The notes beneath the pieces were generated by a model. That model was not told the origin of the DNA. It saw only the letters and a list, made by a program, of their open reading frames with translations, and did not search any database. This document shows, in pieces, positions 9,982 through 19,899 of a stretch of 64,000 nt of DNA. How positions within the stretch are numbered: position 1 is the stretch's first letter; every line of letters begins with the position of its first letter. Origin of the DNA: an uncultured Bacilli bacterium (GTDB lineage: Bacteria; Bacillota_I; Bacilli_A; RFN20; CAG-826); the NCBI GenBank assembly GCA_944336335.1, contig CALVLC010000049.1:6466-70465 (forward strand). Direction: 5' to 3'. A program made the position numbers and the translations under genes.

Positions 9982-11385
9982 TTAAGCTTTGTTACAATCG
10001 TGTTTGTGATGACAGCAACAATGTCCTTCCTCATTGTCGCAGTCGCAATCATCATGCTCACATTCTTCGCCTTCACAGCAAGAACATTCACAAGAATGTT
10101 CGTGTTGATGCTCATTTTGATCAAGTTTTTCAACTAAATAGCTTGGTAATTCTTGCATTGAAATATTAACTTGTTCTTTTGTAAGCATGTTTTTGACGTT
10201 AACAGTATTGTCTTTGAGTTCATCTTCACCGATAATAACAGCAAATTTGGCATTCTTTCTTTCGGCTTTTTTGAATAATGCGCTCATTGACTTTTTCTCA
10301 TAACAAACTTCGGTTCTAAAGAAGTCTAATCTTAATTCAAATGCTATCTCAACGGCTTTTTGAACAGCTTTTTCGCCAATTGGCATTACATAAACTTCAA
10401 CATTTCTATTAATTTCAGGGAATAATTGGTCATCTTCCATGATTTTAGCAAGTCTTTCAATTCCTAATGCGAAGCCAACGCCTTCAATATCAGGACCACC
10501 AATTTCTTTAACTAAGTTTCCATAGTGTCCGCCAGCACCAATTGCACCATAATTATTTCCATTACTTGATGTATAGTGGAATTCAAAGACAACGCCAGTA
10601 TAGTAATCAAGTCCTCTAACAAGTTCGCTATCAACTTCAAAAGGAATTTCAAGTTTTGTTAAGTATTCCTTAATTTTTTCGAAGCGTTCTCTTGCCGCAT
10701 CAGATAAGTAATCAGTAATTTTAGGAGCTTTGTCGATGATTGGACGATCATCAGGGTCTTTACAATCTAAAATTCTGAGAATATTTAATTTATAACGTTC
10801 TTTACAATCATTACACATTTCATCAATGTGTTGTCCAAAATATTCTTTTAAAGCTTTTTTATAATTTTCTCTAGTTTCTTCATCGCCTAAAGTGTTAATT
10901 AAAAGTTTAAGATCTCTAAATCTTAAAAATTGAAGCATGTGATAGCCTAAAACAATTGTTTCAACATCTCTTTCAACTGTTGATACACCAACACATTCAA
11001 CTCCAAATTGATTGAATTGACGATATCTTCCTTGTTGTGGTCTCTCATATCTGAAATTTGGTCCACAATAAAATGCTTTTACTGGGAAATCTTGCATAGC
11101 AAATAATTTAGCATTAACCATACTTCTTACGATTCCAGCAGTCATTTCTGGTCTTAAAGTGATACTTCTTCCGCCTTTGTCATCGAAAGTATACATTTCT
11201 TTACGAACAATATCGCTACTATCGCCAACACTTCTAGTGAATAATTCGCTATTTTCGATTACAGGTGTTCTAAATTCTTCATACCCATAATTTATAGCAA
11301 TATTAGTAAGAGTCTCTTCAATGTATGAGTATTTGAGAGCCTCATCTTTTATTACATCGTGTGTTCCTTTTAATACATTAAACAT
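9982..11385 (-). CDS. hisS: Histidyl-tRNA synthetase with an unusual Cys/His/Asp/Glu-rich C-terminal tail
   Basis: 467 aa with class II HisRS motifs. Synteny relA-hisS-aspS. The last ~45 aa are HEHSCECSCCEGEECEHDDCDCDNEEGHCCCHHKHDCNKA. Confidence 0.9.
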   Translation of the reverse strand: MFNVLKGTHDVIKDEALKYSYIEETLTNIAINYGYEEFRTPVIENSELFTRSVGDSSDIVRKEMYTFDDKGGRSITLRPEMTAGIVRSMVNAKLFAMQDFPVKAFYCGPNFRYERPQQGRYRQFNQFGVECVGVSTVERDVETIVLGYHMLQFLRFRDLKLLINTLGDEETRENYKKALKEYFGQHIDEMCNDCKERYKLNILRILDCKDPDDRPIIDKAPKITDYLSDAARERFEKIKEYLTKLEIPFEVDSELVRGLDYYTGVVFEFHYTSSNGNNYGAIGAGGHYGNLVKEIGGPDIEGVGFALGIERLAKIMEDDQLFPEINRNVEVYVMPIGEKAVQKAVEIAFELRLDFFRTEVCYEKKSMSALFKKAERKNAKFAVIIGEDELKDNTVNVKNMLTKEQVNISMQELPSYLVEKLDQNEHQHEHSCECSCCEGEECEHDDCDCDNEEGHCCCHHKHDCNKA

Positions 11386-11449
11386 ATAAAACCTCGTATT
11401 CCTAATAATTATAAATAATTATTAACCTTTCTATCAAGTTTGACGATTA

Positions 11450-13711
11450 TTAATGTATAACTCGTTTTACATCAAAAACGTCTTTTGTTCTTTTTAAGAT
11501 ATCTGCAACGTGATTCAAAACATTAGCATCGCTTACATAAATTTGTGCATAAACACTTGTTTGATTTGAATCAGGATGAAATTTAGCAGATAGCTCAGTA
11601 CACTTAATTTTATTTGAGTTAAAGATATTTAAAATATCAGCAACTAAATTTTGGCGGTCTACACATTCAATAACAATGTCGACTGGATAAGATTTAATTC
11701 CTAAATCATCTTTCCAGTGAACTGGAATTAATCTACTTGTTAGCCCATTAACATTTGGACAATTTATTCTATGAACTGTAATTCCGTTTCCTTTTGTAAC
11801 ATAGCCAACAATACTATCACCTGGAATTGGTGTACAACAATTTCCAAGAGTAATTTTGAATCCAGTTTGTTCATCAACAGTAACTGGACAATTGTCATCA
11901 TCGAAATTTTCTTTCTTAAATAACTTATTTTGGCCGCCTTCTTTTTTCTTAATTCCTAAGAAGTCTGCAATTTGTCCTGGGTTAGGATTATGTGAGCAAA
12001 TTAGTATAAATAAGTCGTCAATAGTAGATACTTGGTAATTTTCTAGTACTTTTTCAGTATTTAATAAGTTCATCATCTCCTTTTCATCGATGCCTCTATC
12101 TCTGAAAAAGTCTTCACAAACCTGCTTGCCTTGACGTATTTTATCATCTCTTAAGAATGACGCATTTTTCTTTTGTAAGAATTTTTTAATATGTGATTTT
12201 GCACTTGTTGTTTTGACAATATTAAGCCAGTTTTCATTAGGTCCACTAGACGTTTTTGAAGTTTTAATTTCGACAACATCACCAGTTTTTAAAACTGTGT
12301 TTAATGGAACTAAATTATTATTTACGAGCGCTCCCACTGCCATATCACCGACTTTGGTATGAATCTTATAAGCCAAATCAAGAGGTGTTGATCCATTTGG
12401 TAAATCAATGACTTTGCCCTTTGGAGTGAAAACATAAACATTAGCTTCGAATATATCTTTGCTTAAAGATTCCATATATTCGGTTGCATTCTTATCTTGC
12501 GTTTCACTATTTAAATGCAAGAAATCTCTGAACCAATGTAGCTTTTCTTCAATTTCATGTTGCTCTTGTTTAGCACTATAATGCGTTCCTTCTTTATAAC
12601 GCCAATGGGCTGCAACACCGGTTTCAGCAATTTCATCCATCTCTTTTGTTCTAATTTGGACTTCGAATATTTTTCCATCACCTGCTATAACCGAAGTATG
12701 TAATGATTGATACATATTTGGTTTAGGCATAGCAATATAGTCTTTAAATCTACCTGGAATAGGCTTAAAGTTAGCATGGATTAAACCTAAAATTTCATAA
12801 CAATTAAGTTCTGTTTCTGTGATAATTCTTAAGGCTAAAAAATCATAAATTTCATCGAATGTATGGCCTTTTAAATACATCTTTTTATAAATTGAATAAA
12901 TAGATTTGATTCTTGATTCAATTTCAAATTTAATATTTTGCTCAATCAAAATATCAGCAATCTTCTTTTTAAGGTTATTTAATGACTTTGTTCTATTTTT
13001 AATCTTTTCATCAAGTTCGTTTGCAATTGCATGATATTCAGCTGGTTTTTCAATTTCAAGTGATAAGTCTTCAAGTTGACTTTCAACACGATAAATACCA
13101 AGTCTATGAGCAATTGGCGCAAATACTTCTAAAGTCTCTTCTGCTAAAGCATGTTGCCTTTCAGGTTTTAAAGCCTTAACTGTTCGCATATTATGAAGTC
13201 TATCAGCAAGTTTGATGATAATAACACGAACATCTTTTGCCATACCTAAGAAAATCTTTTTATGATCTTCGGCAGCAAATTCTTCTTCCGTACGATGAGA
13301 AAGTTTAAGTCTTTGAATTTTTGTTAACGCATCAACAATTCTTGCACAATCTTCACCAAATTTCTTTTTAATATCATCGATTGTTGTATCTGTATCTTCG
13401 ACAACATCATGTAAAAATGCAGCTGCGATTGTTACAGGTCCACCTTGAAGAGAGGCAACAATATAAGCGACTTCAATTAAATGTTGAAGATATGGTTCAC
13501 CACTTTTTCTAAAAATACCATCATGCTTAATTTTGACGAAATTATAAGCACTTTCTATTAATTTTCTGTCTTTTTCATCATGAATATAGGCGTAATAAAT
13601 TTCTTTTACATCTTCAAAAGTATGCATTGGATAACCGCCGTTTTGTAAAACTTTGGTTTCTGATGCATTCTCTTTAACAATTTCAGCACCTTCTCTTTTT
13701 AATTCATCCAT
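11450..13711 (-). CDS. relA: Bifunctional (p)ppGpp synthetase/hydrolase RelA/SpoT (Rel)
   Basis: 753 aa with HD hydrolase domain (HLIEVAYIVASL...FLHDVVEDT), synthetase domain, and TGS/ACT C-terminus. Confidence 0.9.
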   Translation of the reverse strand: MDELKREGAEIVKENASETKVLQNGGYPMHTFEDVKEIYYAYIHDEKDRKLIESAYNFVKIKHDGIFRKSGEPYLQHLIEVAYIVASLQGGPVTIAAAFLHDVVEDTDTTIDDIKKKFGEDCARIVDALTKIQRLKLSHRTEEEFAAEDHKKIFLGMAKDVRVIIIKLADRLHNMRTVKALKPERQHALAEETLEVFAPIAHRLGIYRVESQLEDLSLEIEKPAEYHAIANELDEKIKNRTKSLNNLKKKIADILIEQNIKFEIESRIKSIYSIYKKMYLKGHTFDEIYDFLALRIITETELNCYEILGLIHANFKPIPGRFKDYIAMPKPNMYQSLHTSVIAGDGKIFEVQIRTKEMDEIAETGVAAHWRYKEGTHYSAKQEQHEIEEKLHWFRDFLHLNSETQDKNATEYMESLSKDIFEANVYVFTPKGKVIDLPNGSTPLDLAYKIHTKVGDMAVGALVNNNLVPLNTVLKTGDVVEIKTSKTSSGPNENWLNIVKTTSAKSHIKKFLQKKNASFLRDDKIRQGKQVCEDFFRDRGIDEKEMMNLLNTEKVLENYQVSTIDDLFILICSHNPNPGQIADFLGIKKKEGGQNKLFKKENFDDDNCPVTVDEQTGFKITLGNCCTPIPGDSIVGYVTKGNGITVHRINCPNVNGLTSRLIPVHWKDDLGIKSYPVDIVIECVDRQNLVADILNIFNSNKIKCTELSAKFHPDSNQTSVYAQIYVSDANVLNHVADILKRTKDVFDVKRVIH

Positions 13712-13725
13712 AACTTTAAGCCTCC

Positions 13726-15282
13726 TTAATAGACAAGCTTATATTCATCAACTATAAGTTGAACGCTTTTAATGCCTCTAAAATTGTTGAGGCTAATATA
13801 GCCACTTACATCAATAAATGAAGCATTCAATATTTCTTGATCAAAGTTAAAAAGTAATATACTTAATTCCTGATTAACTCTATAAAGTATATGTTTATTA
13901 TAAATGAAATTTTTAAGTTCATTGATACTTAACATATTAATTTTAAATCTTGGCTTAATACGGCCTTCACCAAAAGGTCTAAAAAGCTCATAAAGTTTAT
14001 AGTTATTCAGATTCAAATCACCAATTTCTACTTCAATATCTTTCTTCTCATCTTTAAAAATAACTTCTTTAGATTCTTCTTCAAGAATTGTTTTTAAATT
14101 ATTGTAATTAGATTTTAAAATAGTGAATCCACCAGCATTTTCATGTCCGCCATGAGCTACAAATAATTCACTATGCTTATTCATAAACTCAGCGATATTA
14201 AATCCACTTTTTGAACGCGCACTACCTTTATAAACATTTTTATCAGTTTCGCTTTTTGATAAAACAAAAATTACTTTATTAAATTTGTTCAAAAGTTTAT
14301 TTGCGATTAAACCACCAATACCTTCATTCTCATTATTTACGTAAATCAAAGCATTTTTGCATGTATCCGTATTGTTCAAATTAACTGAATCAACTAAATC
14401 TTTTCTCTTTTTATTAACTGATTCAATCCAATTAGATAATTTAATAATTGTATTTTCATCTTTAGAGATAAAGTATTTAACGATATTAAAGCGAGAATTG
14501 TCATTTAGTAAACGACAAATCGCATTAACTTTTGGAATAACTTGCATTGTTAAATCTTCTTCGTTAATTACTTTGTCTTTATATTTTAAAAGTTGAAAAA
14601 TTTCAAAATAATGATTTTCGTTAATTATTTTAATCGCTTCTTTTACAATTGTTCGATTGTAAGAAAGTAATGGCATTGAATCACTTAAAGTTGATAATGC
14701 GCATAAAGAAAATAAATATTCATCAAATCTATCTAAATAAAATAATGAAAAATAAAACGAAACTTCTCCTGCACTAATATTGTATTCTCCAAATTTATCA
14801 TATTCTGGATGCATTATATATTTAGCTTTAGGAAGATTTTCAGCGATTTTATGATGATCTAAAACGATAACTTCCATCCCTAAAGAATTAGCATAATCAA
14901 TTGTTTCATTTAAAGTTATTCCATTATCAACACAAATAACAATTTCATAGCCTAACTTTTTAAATCGATCAACATTTTCTTTAGTCAATCCATAGCCATC
15001 ATATTCTCTACTTGGAATATAATAACCTGGTTTATAAGTATCTGTAGACAAAGTTAACATTAAAATTGAGGTGGACATAATTCCATCACAATCATAATCA
15101 CCATAAATAAGTATTTTTTTATTAGTGAAAATAGCTTCTTTTAAATAAGAAGCTATTTTTTGACCTTCTTTAAAGACTTCTTTCTTAGGTAAGTCTTCGA
15201 AAGTTCTTTCATTTTCTTCGATTATTGTATCGTAATCTAAGTTATAAAATTCTAATAGTTTTTCTAAAAATAAATTAATCAT
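13726..15282 (-). CDS. recJ: Single-stranded-DNA-specific exonuclease RecJ (DHH/DHHA1)
   Basis: DHH motif YGDYDCDGIMS and DHHA1 GGHENAGGF. Sits in the conserved secDF-recJ-relA context. Confidence 0.8.
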   Translation of the reverse strand: MINLFLEKLLEFYNLDYDTIIEENERTFEDLPKKEVFKEGQKIASYLKEAIFTNKKILIYGDYDCDGIMSTSILMLTLSTDTYKPGYYIPSREYDGYGLTKENVDRFKKLGYEIVICVDNGITLNETIDYANSLGMEVIVLDHHKIAENLPKAKYIMHPEYDKFGEYNISAGEVSFYFSLFYLDRFDEYLFSLCALSTLSDSMPLLSYNRTIVKEAIKIINENHYFEIFQLLKYKDKVINEEDLTMQVIPKVNAICRLLNDNSRFNIVKYFISKDENTIIKLSNWIESVNKKRKDLVDSVNLNNTDTCKNALIYVNNENEGIGGLIANKLLNKFNKVIFVLSKSETDKNVYKGSARSKSGFNIAEFMNKHSELFVAHGGHENAGGFTILKSNYNNLKTILEEESKEVIFKDEKKDIEVEIGDLNLNNYKLYELFRPFGEGRIKPRFKINMLSINELKNFIYNKHILYRVNQELSILLFNFDQEILNASFIDVSGYISLNNFRGIKSVQLIVDEYKLVY

Positions 15283-15299
15283 AATCCTTAAGAACTTTC

Positions 15300-18251
15300 T
15301 TAATCGTTAATATCGATAAAGATGGCTTCTTGAGGTCCGTCGTCAAATTCAACTTTTTTACCCTTTTTATTAGCTCTTGCTTTGATTCTATTTTCGGAGA
15401 ATCTATCACCAATTTTTTCAAATACTTTTGTGAAAGCATTTTGAATTGGAAGTTCCATTGCTTTAATAAAGATAACAACAAGGAACATACCAACAAGAAT
15501 AAATAGTAAAGTATTACGATCAAATGCTGATGTAAAGAAGAATGATAAGACGATAAATGCTACAAACATCATATTGATAATAAGGTAATTATAAATTGAA
15601 TTACCTGCATAGTCATAACGTTCTTCTCTTGCACCTAACTCTTTAAGTTCATGTTTATTTTCTAAGTAAGTTAATCTTTCGTTTACGAAGAATACATCGA
15701 AAATTAAATATGTAAGTAAAGATAATAGTAATAAACCGAGAGTGATTTCACTTGGGAATGGTCCTCTAATAAGTGAGAAGATACCAACGATTGAAACAAG
15801 GCTTGCTCCACCAATTAAAAGTCCAGTTAAGGCTTTTGATGGACCAAATCTTAATAAGAAGTATACGAAGATTCCAGCAACAGCAATTGCAACTGCAATT
15901 GAAACCCACATATTAATTAAATCATCATTGTAGTCATATGAACGGCTTGTAGTAACTGTATAGTTATCGCCAATACTTGATTGAATTGCATTAATGATTA
16001 CTTCAGATAAACTACCTTGAGCACTTTCTTGACCATCATAGAAATAATATGTTTCTTGATTAACGCCTTCGACATCAACGATTTGCTCTAAATCAATAAC
16101 AAAATAATATTCTCTATTCGTAACTGGTGTTGTTTCACCACTAACAAATTCATAATAGAATGAGTTAACATTCATTTCATTTCCAAAGACTTGTTCTTCA
16201 TGAGCTTCATCAAAATAAATTTGACCTAAAGCTTCTTGAATTCCAACTTCAATACTATCTGTATTGAAATCATCACTAGCATTTCTAATTTCTCTTGTAA
16301 CAAGAACTTTAGAGTTTGTTTCGTTACTTAATGAGTTATAAACACTTCCGTTAACAACTTGGAAAGTCGTAATTCCAACAATACTAGCAACTAATAATAA
16401 ACAGGCAATAATTCCAGTAATTGTAAATGTTCTCTTTGAACTTCTTCTCTTGAAAGCATCAAAGTATGTTGGTTTCTCGCCCTTTGATAAATCAGGAATA
16501 AGTTTTCTTTCAACACCAAATAATTTGATATGGTTTTGTGCAAATTGAGAGTTGTAAAGTAACCAACTTACTGATCTAAAAACAATTCCTAAAGTCACTA
16601 CACTCATTAATACGCCAATTAGCATGACTCCACCAAAGGATGAAGTATATGAATTAGGAATTAAGTAAGCAACAAGACCAATAATTGCACCGACTATACT
16701 AAAATCTAATAAATTAAATAGGGTCTTTTTATTTGCATCTTGATAAGCTTTTTTTAGGTTTTTGCCAAGATAAATGTCTTCTTTTGTACGATGTAGCCAA
16801 ATTGTTACTCCTAAAATTGATAAAGCAGCAACACCAAATAAGCCTAAAATTGTACCAATATTGAATTCATTTCCTAAGAAGTTGAATAAATAAAGCGATC
16901 CAACAACATTAGCACCACTGACAACAATTCCTAATAATCCTGGAAGACCATAATTTAATAAAAGGAATAAAGAAACGATTACTACAGCAATAATTGTACA
17001 AATTAAAACTGTTGAGAATTGAACAACTCCTGCTCTTTTAATGTATTCAACAAATGGAGAAACAAGATTACTACCAGCGTCAACTTGAGATTGATTAATT
17101 AAAGTAACATCATATTTTAAATTTGAAGCATTAAGTTTACCAGCAAGTAAATTTGCCTTTTTATATGCAAGTTTTTCATCGGCTTCAACGCTGTTATATG
17201 TTTGATAACTTGTTGTAACATCAAGACCGCTATCACTATTAATAGCACCTAAGTTGTAATTTGAGAAATAAAGATATTGATATGTTGCAGCACTTTGTTC
17301 ATCTTCGCTTAAACTTGAATCATAGTCCCAAATAAAGCTAGATGGATTTGATGTATCAAAGTAAGTAATAACATAATCATGGAAATTTTCATCAGTAATA
17401 TTTCCGTTTTCGTTATCTAAAAGGGTTTGTAAATTTAAACCATTTAACCAGTTATTAACAACAAAAATTACATCTGAAGGATCAATTTTTTCAACTGTTT
17501 CTTCTCCTTCACCAGTACCGGTTCCAGTATCAGTTGATGGATCGGTTGTAACATTTGATCTTAGAATATCGCCAGTTTTAAAGAAATTATGTGCTTCAGA
17601 AACATCGCCTGTATCAGTGCTTGTATCAGTTGATGAGCCAGTATCTGCTGTACCAGAGCCACTATCATCACTAGATGAAGTTATACCATCAAGCATTGTT
17701 TTAAAGCCATCTGGATTAGCAAGTTCAACAACAACGTATGGATAACCATCACGATATTGAACATTTGCGCTTCCATCGACAAAAAGTTCATTACTTGCTG
17801 TAGAGGTATTGTTATTGTAAACATCTTCTGCTGAGAAACCTAAATTGTACTCTTCATCAGCATTTTTAAGCATAAATGAATTTGAGAAAGTTAAATATGA
17901 AATGATGTCATCATAGGATTGCGTTGTATCTTTAAAAGTTAATGAGAAAACATCATCGGAATAACTCTCGAGTTCATAGCTTGAAATTCCAGCAACAGAT
18001 AATCTTTCTTTAAATGTATCTGTAATTTCTTCAAGTGGTGTTTCGCCAGTTTCATCAAAAATAATATCGCCGTTATTTGTGCCTTCTGAAAAATCAGCTG
18101 ACGTTCTTCTTTGGGAAATCTTGAAAACAAAGCGATTTGAAGATGAGAAATCACCATCGCCATTTACAGAGAGAATTGTTGGCGTAACTGCCACTAATAC
18201 CCCAGTAAGCATGGCGGCTGAAATTGATAAATATCCAATTAATCTTTTCAT
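15300..18251 (-). CDS. secDF: Protein translocase subunit SecDF (fused)
   Basis: 983 aa. An N-terminal TM segment is followed by a large extracytoplasmic domain and then two blocks of 6 TM helices (RND-like). Conserved ruvAB-secDF-recJ order. Confidence 0.8.
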   Translation of the reverse strand: MKRLIGYLSISAAMLTGVLVAVTPTILSVNGDGDFSSSNRFVFKISQRRTSADFSEGTNNGDIIFDETGETPLEEITDTFKERLSVAGISSYELESYSDDVFSLTFKDTTQSYDDIISYLTFSNSFMLKNADEEYNLGFSAEDVYNNNTSTASNELFVDGSANVQYRDGYPYVVVELANPDGFKTMLDGITSSSDDSGSGTADTGSSTDTSTDTGDVSEAHNFFKTGDILRSNVTTDPSTDTGTGTGEGEETVEKIDPSDVIFVVNNWLNGLNLQTLLDNENGNITDENFHDYVITYFDTSNPSSFIWDYDSSLSEDEQSAATYQYLYFSNYNLGAINSDSGLDVTTSYQTYNSVEADEKLAYKKANLLAGKLNASNLKYDVTLINQSQVDAGSNLVSPFVEYIKRAGVVQFSTVLICTIIAVVIVSLFLLLNYGLPGLLGIVVSGANVVGSLYLFNFLGNEFNIGTILGLFGVAALSILGVTIWLHRTKEDIYLGKNLKKAYQDANKKTLFNLLDFSIVGAIIGLVAYLIPNSYTSSFGGVMLIGVLMSVVTLGIVFRSVSWLLYNSQFAQNHIKLFGVERKLIPDLSKGEKPTYFDAFKRRSSKRTFTITGIIACLLLVASIVGITTFQVVNGSVYNSLSNETNSKVLVTREIRNASDDFNTDSIEVGIQEALGQIYFDEAHEEQVFGNEMNVNSFYYEFVSGETTPVTNREYYFVIDLEQIVDVEGVNQETYYFYDGQESAQGSLSEVIINAIQSSIGDNYTVTTSRSYDYNDDLINMWVSIAVAIAVAGIFVYFLLRFGPSKALTGLLIGGASLVSIVGIFSLIRGPFPSEITLGLLLLSLLTYLIFDVFFVNERLTYLENKHELKELGAREERYDYAGNSIYNYLIINMMFVAFIVLSFFFTSAFDRNTLLFILVGMFLVVIFIKAMELPIQNAFTKVFEKIGDRFSENRIKARANKKGKKVEFDDGPQEAIFIDIND

Positions 18252-18375
18252 AACATACCTCGTATTTATAAATTACATTTATAAATGTACTTGATAATAT
18301 TACTACATAAGCCTATAAAACACAAAAACATTTTTTAATTAAAAATAATTGCAAAATTTAAGAATTTTCACATAT

Positions 18376-19338
18376 TTACTTTATGAATTTGTAATAAAAT
18401 TCTTGTCCTTTTTTAGTGAGCATTCTGCCTCTTCTAGTTCTAGCAATAATACCAATCGTTACAAGATAAGGTTCGTAATTTTCTTTTAAGTTAATTACGT
18501 TTTCGTTTAAAACACTTGCAAGCGATTCAAGGCTAACAGGTTCGCTTTGAAAGACCTCATAGAGCGTCTTAATAATATTTAAATCAAATATTGTTAAACC
18601 AAATTCATTAATCTTGATAAAAGAGAAAAAATCCTTTAATAATTCAAGATTTGCAGCGTTTTTGTCTAAATATAAACAATAATCTGCTAATCGTTTGAGC
18701 AAATTATTTAAAATTCTTGGGTTATTTTTCACTCTTTTAACAAAGAATTTTGGGGCTTCTTCATTTTCAAAAATAACATTAAATTTTGGCGCACTTGATA
18801 ACAATATATTTTTTAAATCTTCTTCAGTGTATGGTTCAAAATGAAACTTAATCGCAAAACGATCTCTTAAAGGAACTGACAAATAACCTTCTAAAGTTGT
18901 TGCTCCAATTAAGGTAAACTTTGGTAATTTAATACTAATTATTTTAGTTTTTTCTTCACTTTTATAAGTAAGATTTATGATGTAATCATCCATTACTGAA
19001 TATAAAATTTCTTCGATTTTTTTATCTAATCTATGAATTTCATCAATAAAAAATATTTCATTTTCTTTAATGGAGGCTAATATCTCAACTAAATCTTGAA
19101 TCGTGTCAATCATTGGAGCGTTAATTACTCTAATTTTACACTTCATTTCTTCAGATAAAACATAAGCTAAACTTGTTTTACCCATACCACTTGGACCAAT
19201 CAAAAGAACATGATCAAGACAAGTTTTTTGTTTTTTGGCACTATAAATATAGACTTTAAGTTCATTAACTATTTGATGTTGTCCAAAATAATCATTAAAT
19301 GATTTAGGTCGAACAATTGACAATAGTTCACTATTCAT
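18376..19338 (-). CDS. ruvB: Holliday junction DNA helicase RuvB
   Basis: Walker A GPSGMGKTSLA with AAA+ fold. Directly downstream of ruvA. Confidence 0.9.
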   Translation of the reverse strand: MNSELLSIVRPKSFNDYFGQHQIVNELKVYIYSAKKQKTCLDHVLLIGPSGMGKTSLAYVLSEEMKCKIRVINAPMIDTIQDLVEILASIKENEIFFIDEIHRLDKKIEEILYSVMDDYIINLTYKSEEKTKIISIKLPKFTLIGATTLEGYLSVPLRDRFAIKFHFEPYTEEDLKNILLSSAPKFNVIFENEEAPKFFVKRVKNNPRILNNLLKRLADYCLYLDKNAANLELLKDFFSFIKINEFGLTIFDLNIIKTLYEVFQSEPVSLESLASVLNENVINLKENYEPYLVTIGIIARTRRGRMLTKKGQEFYYKFIK

Positions 19339-19882
19339 TTTTTAACCTCAAAATAGCTTCTTTTAAAGCTTCACTATTTTCAAGTCCGTCAGGCAATGTA
19401 TCCAAAACAGCAAAAACCTTTTGTGGAGAATAGTTTAAATTTAAAAGCGCATTAAAAACTTCTTGATACTTATATTGAAGACCTTCTAAATTAATGACTT
19501 TGTTTTTAAGCTCATAATAAATTCGATCCGCTTTTGCTCCAATTGAGCTAATCTTTTGCATTGAAACTAAATCTTTGTTTTGAATTAGTGAAACAAGGCC
19601 TTGACTAGATAATTTACGAATTATATTAAGTGCAGTTTTTGGACCTATTCCACTTATTTTTATTAGTTCAGTAAAAATAAATTTATCGAGTTTGTTTAAA
19701 AAACCATATAAACAAACATTTTCTTCATTATGAAAAATGTATGTAAATACAGTGTAAATATTTTCAGTAACAAAAGAATCACTGTTTAAAACGTTAATTT
19801 CAAAGGCAATTCCGATATCAGTTAAGAGGGAAATTTGTTGATTTTTCGCTTCAACTACTTTTCCTTTAATATAGTCAACCAA
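19331..19882 (-). CDS. ruvA: Holliday junction DNA helicase RuvA
   Basis: 183 aa with helix-hairpin-helix region ISGIGPKTALNI. ruvA-ruvB arrangement. Confidence 0.8.
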   Translation of the reverse strand: MVDYIKGKVVEAKNQQISLLTDIGIAFEINVLNSDSFVTENIYTVFTYIFHNEENVCLYGFLNKLDKFIFTELIKISGIGPKTALNIIRKLSSQGLVSLIQNKDLVSMQKISSIGAKADRIYYELKNKVINLEGLQYKYQEVFNALLNLNYSPQKVFAVLDTLPDGLENSEALKEAILRLKNE

Positions 19883-19899
19883 ATAAAATTTATATGGAA

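Noticed and set aside
11386-11449. T-box or attenuator upstream of hisS-aspS
   Set aside because: The 64-nt gap after relA contains no T-box consensus or terminator hairpin. hisS and aspS appear co-transcribed with relA.
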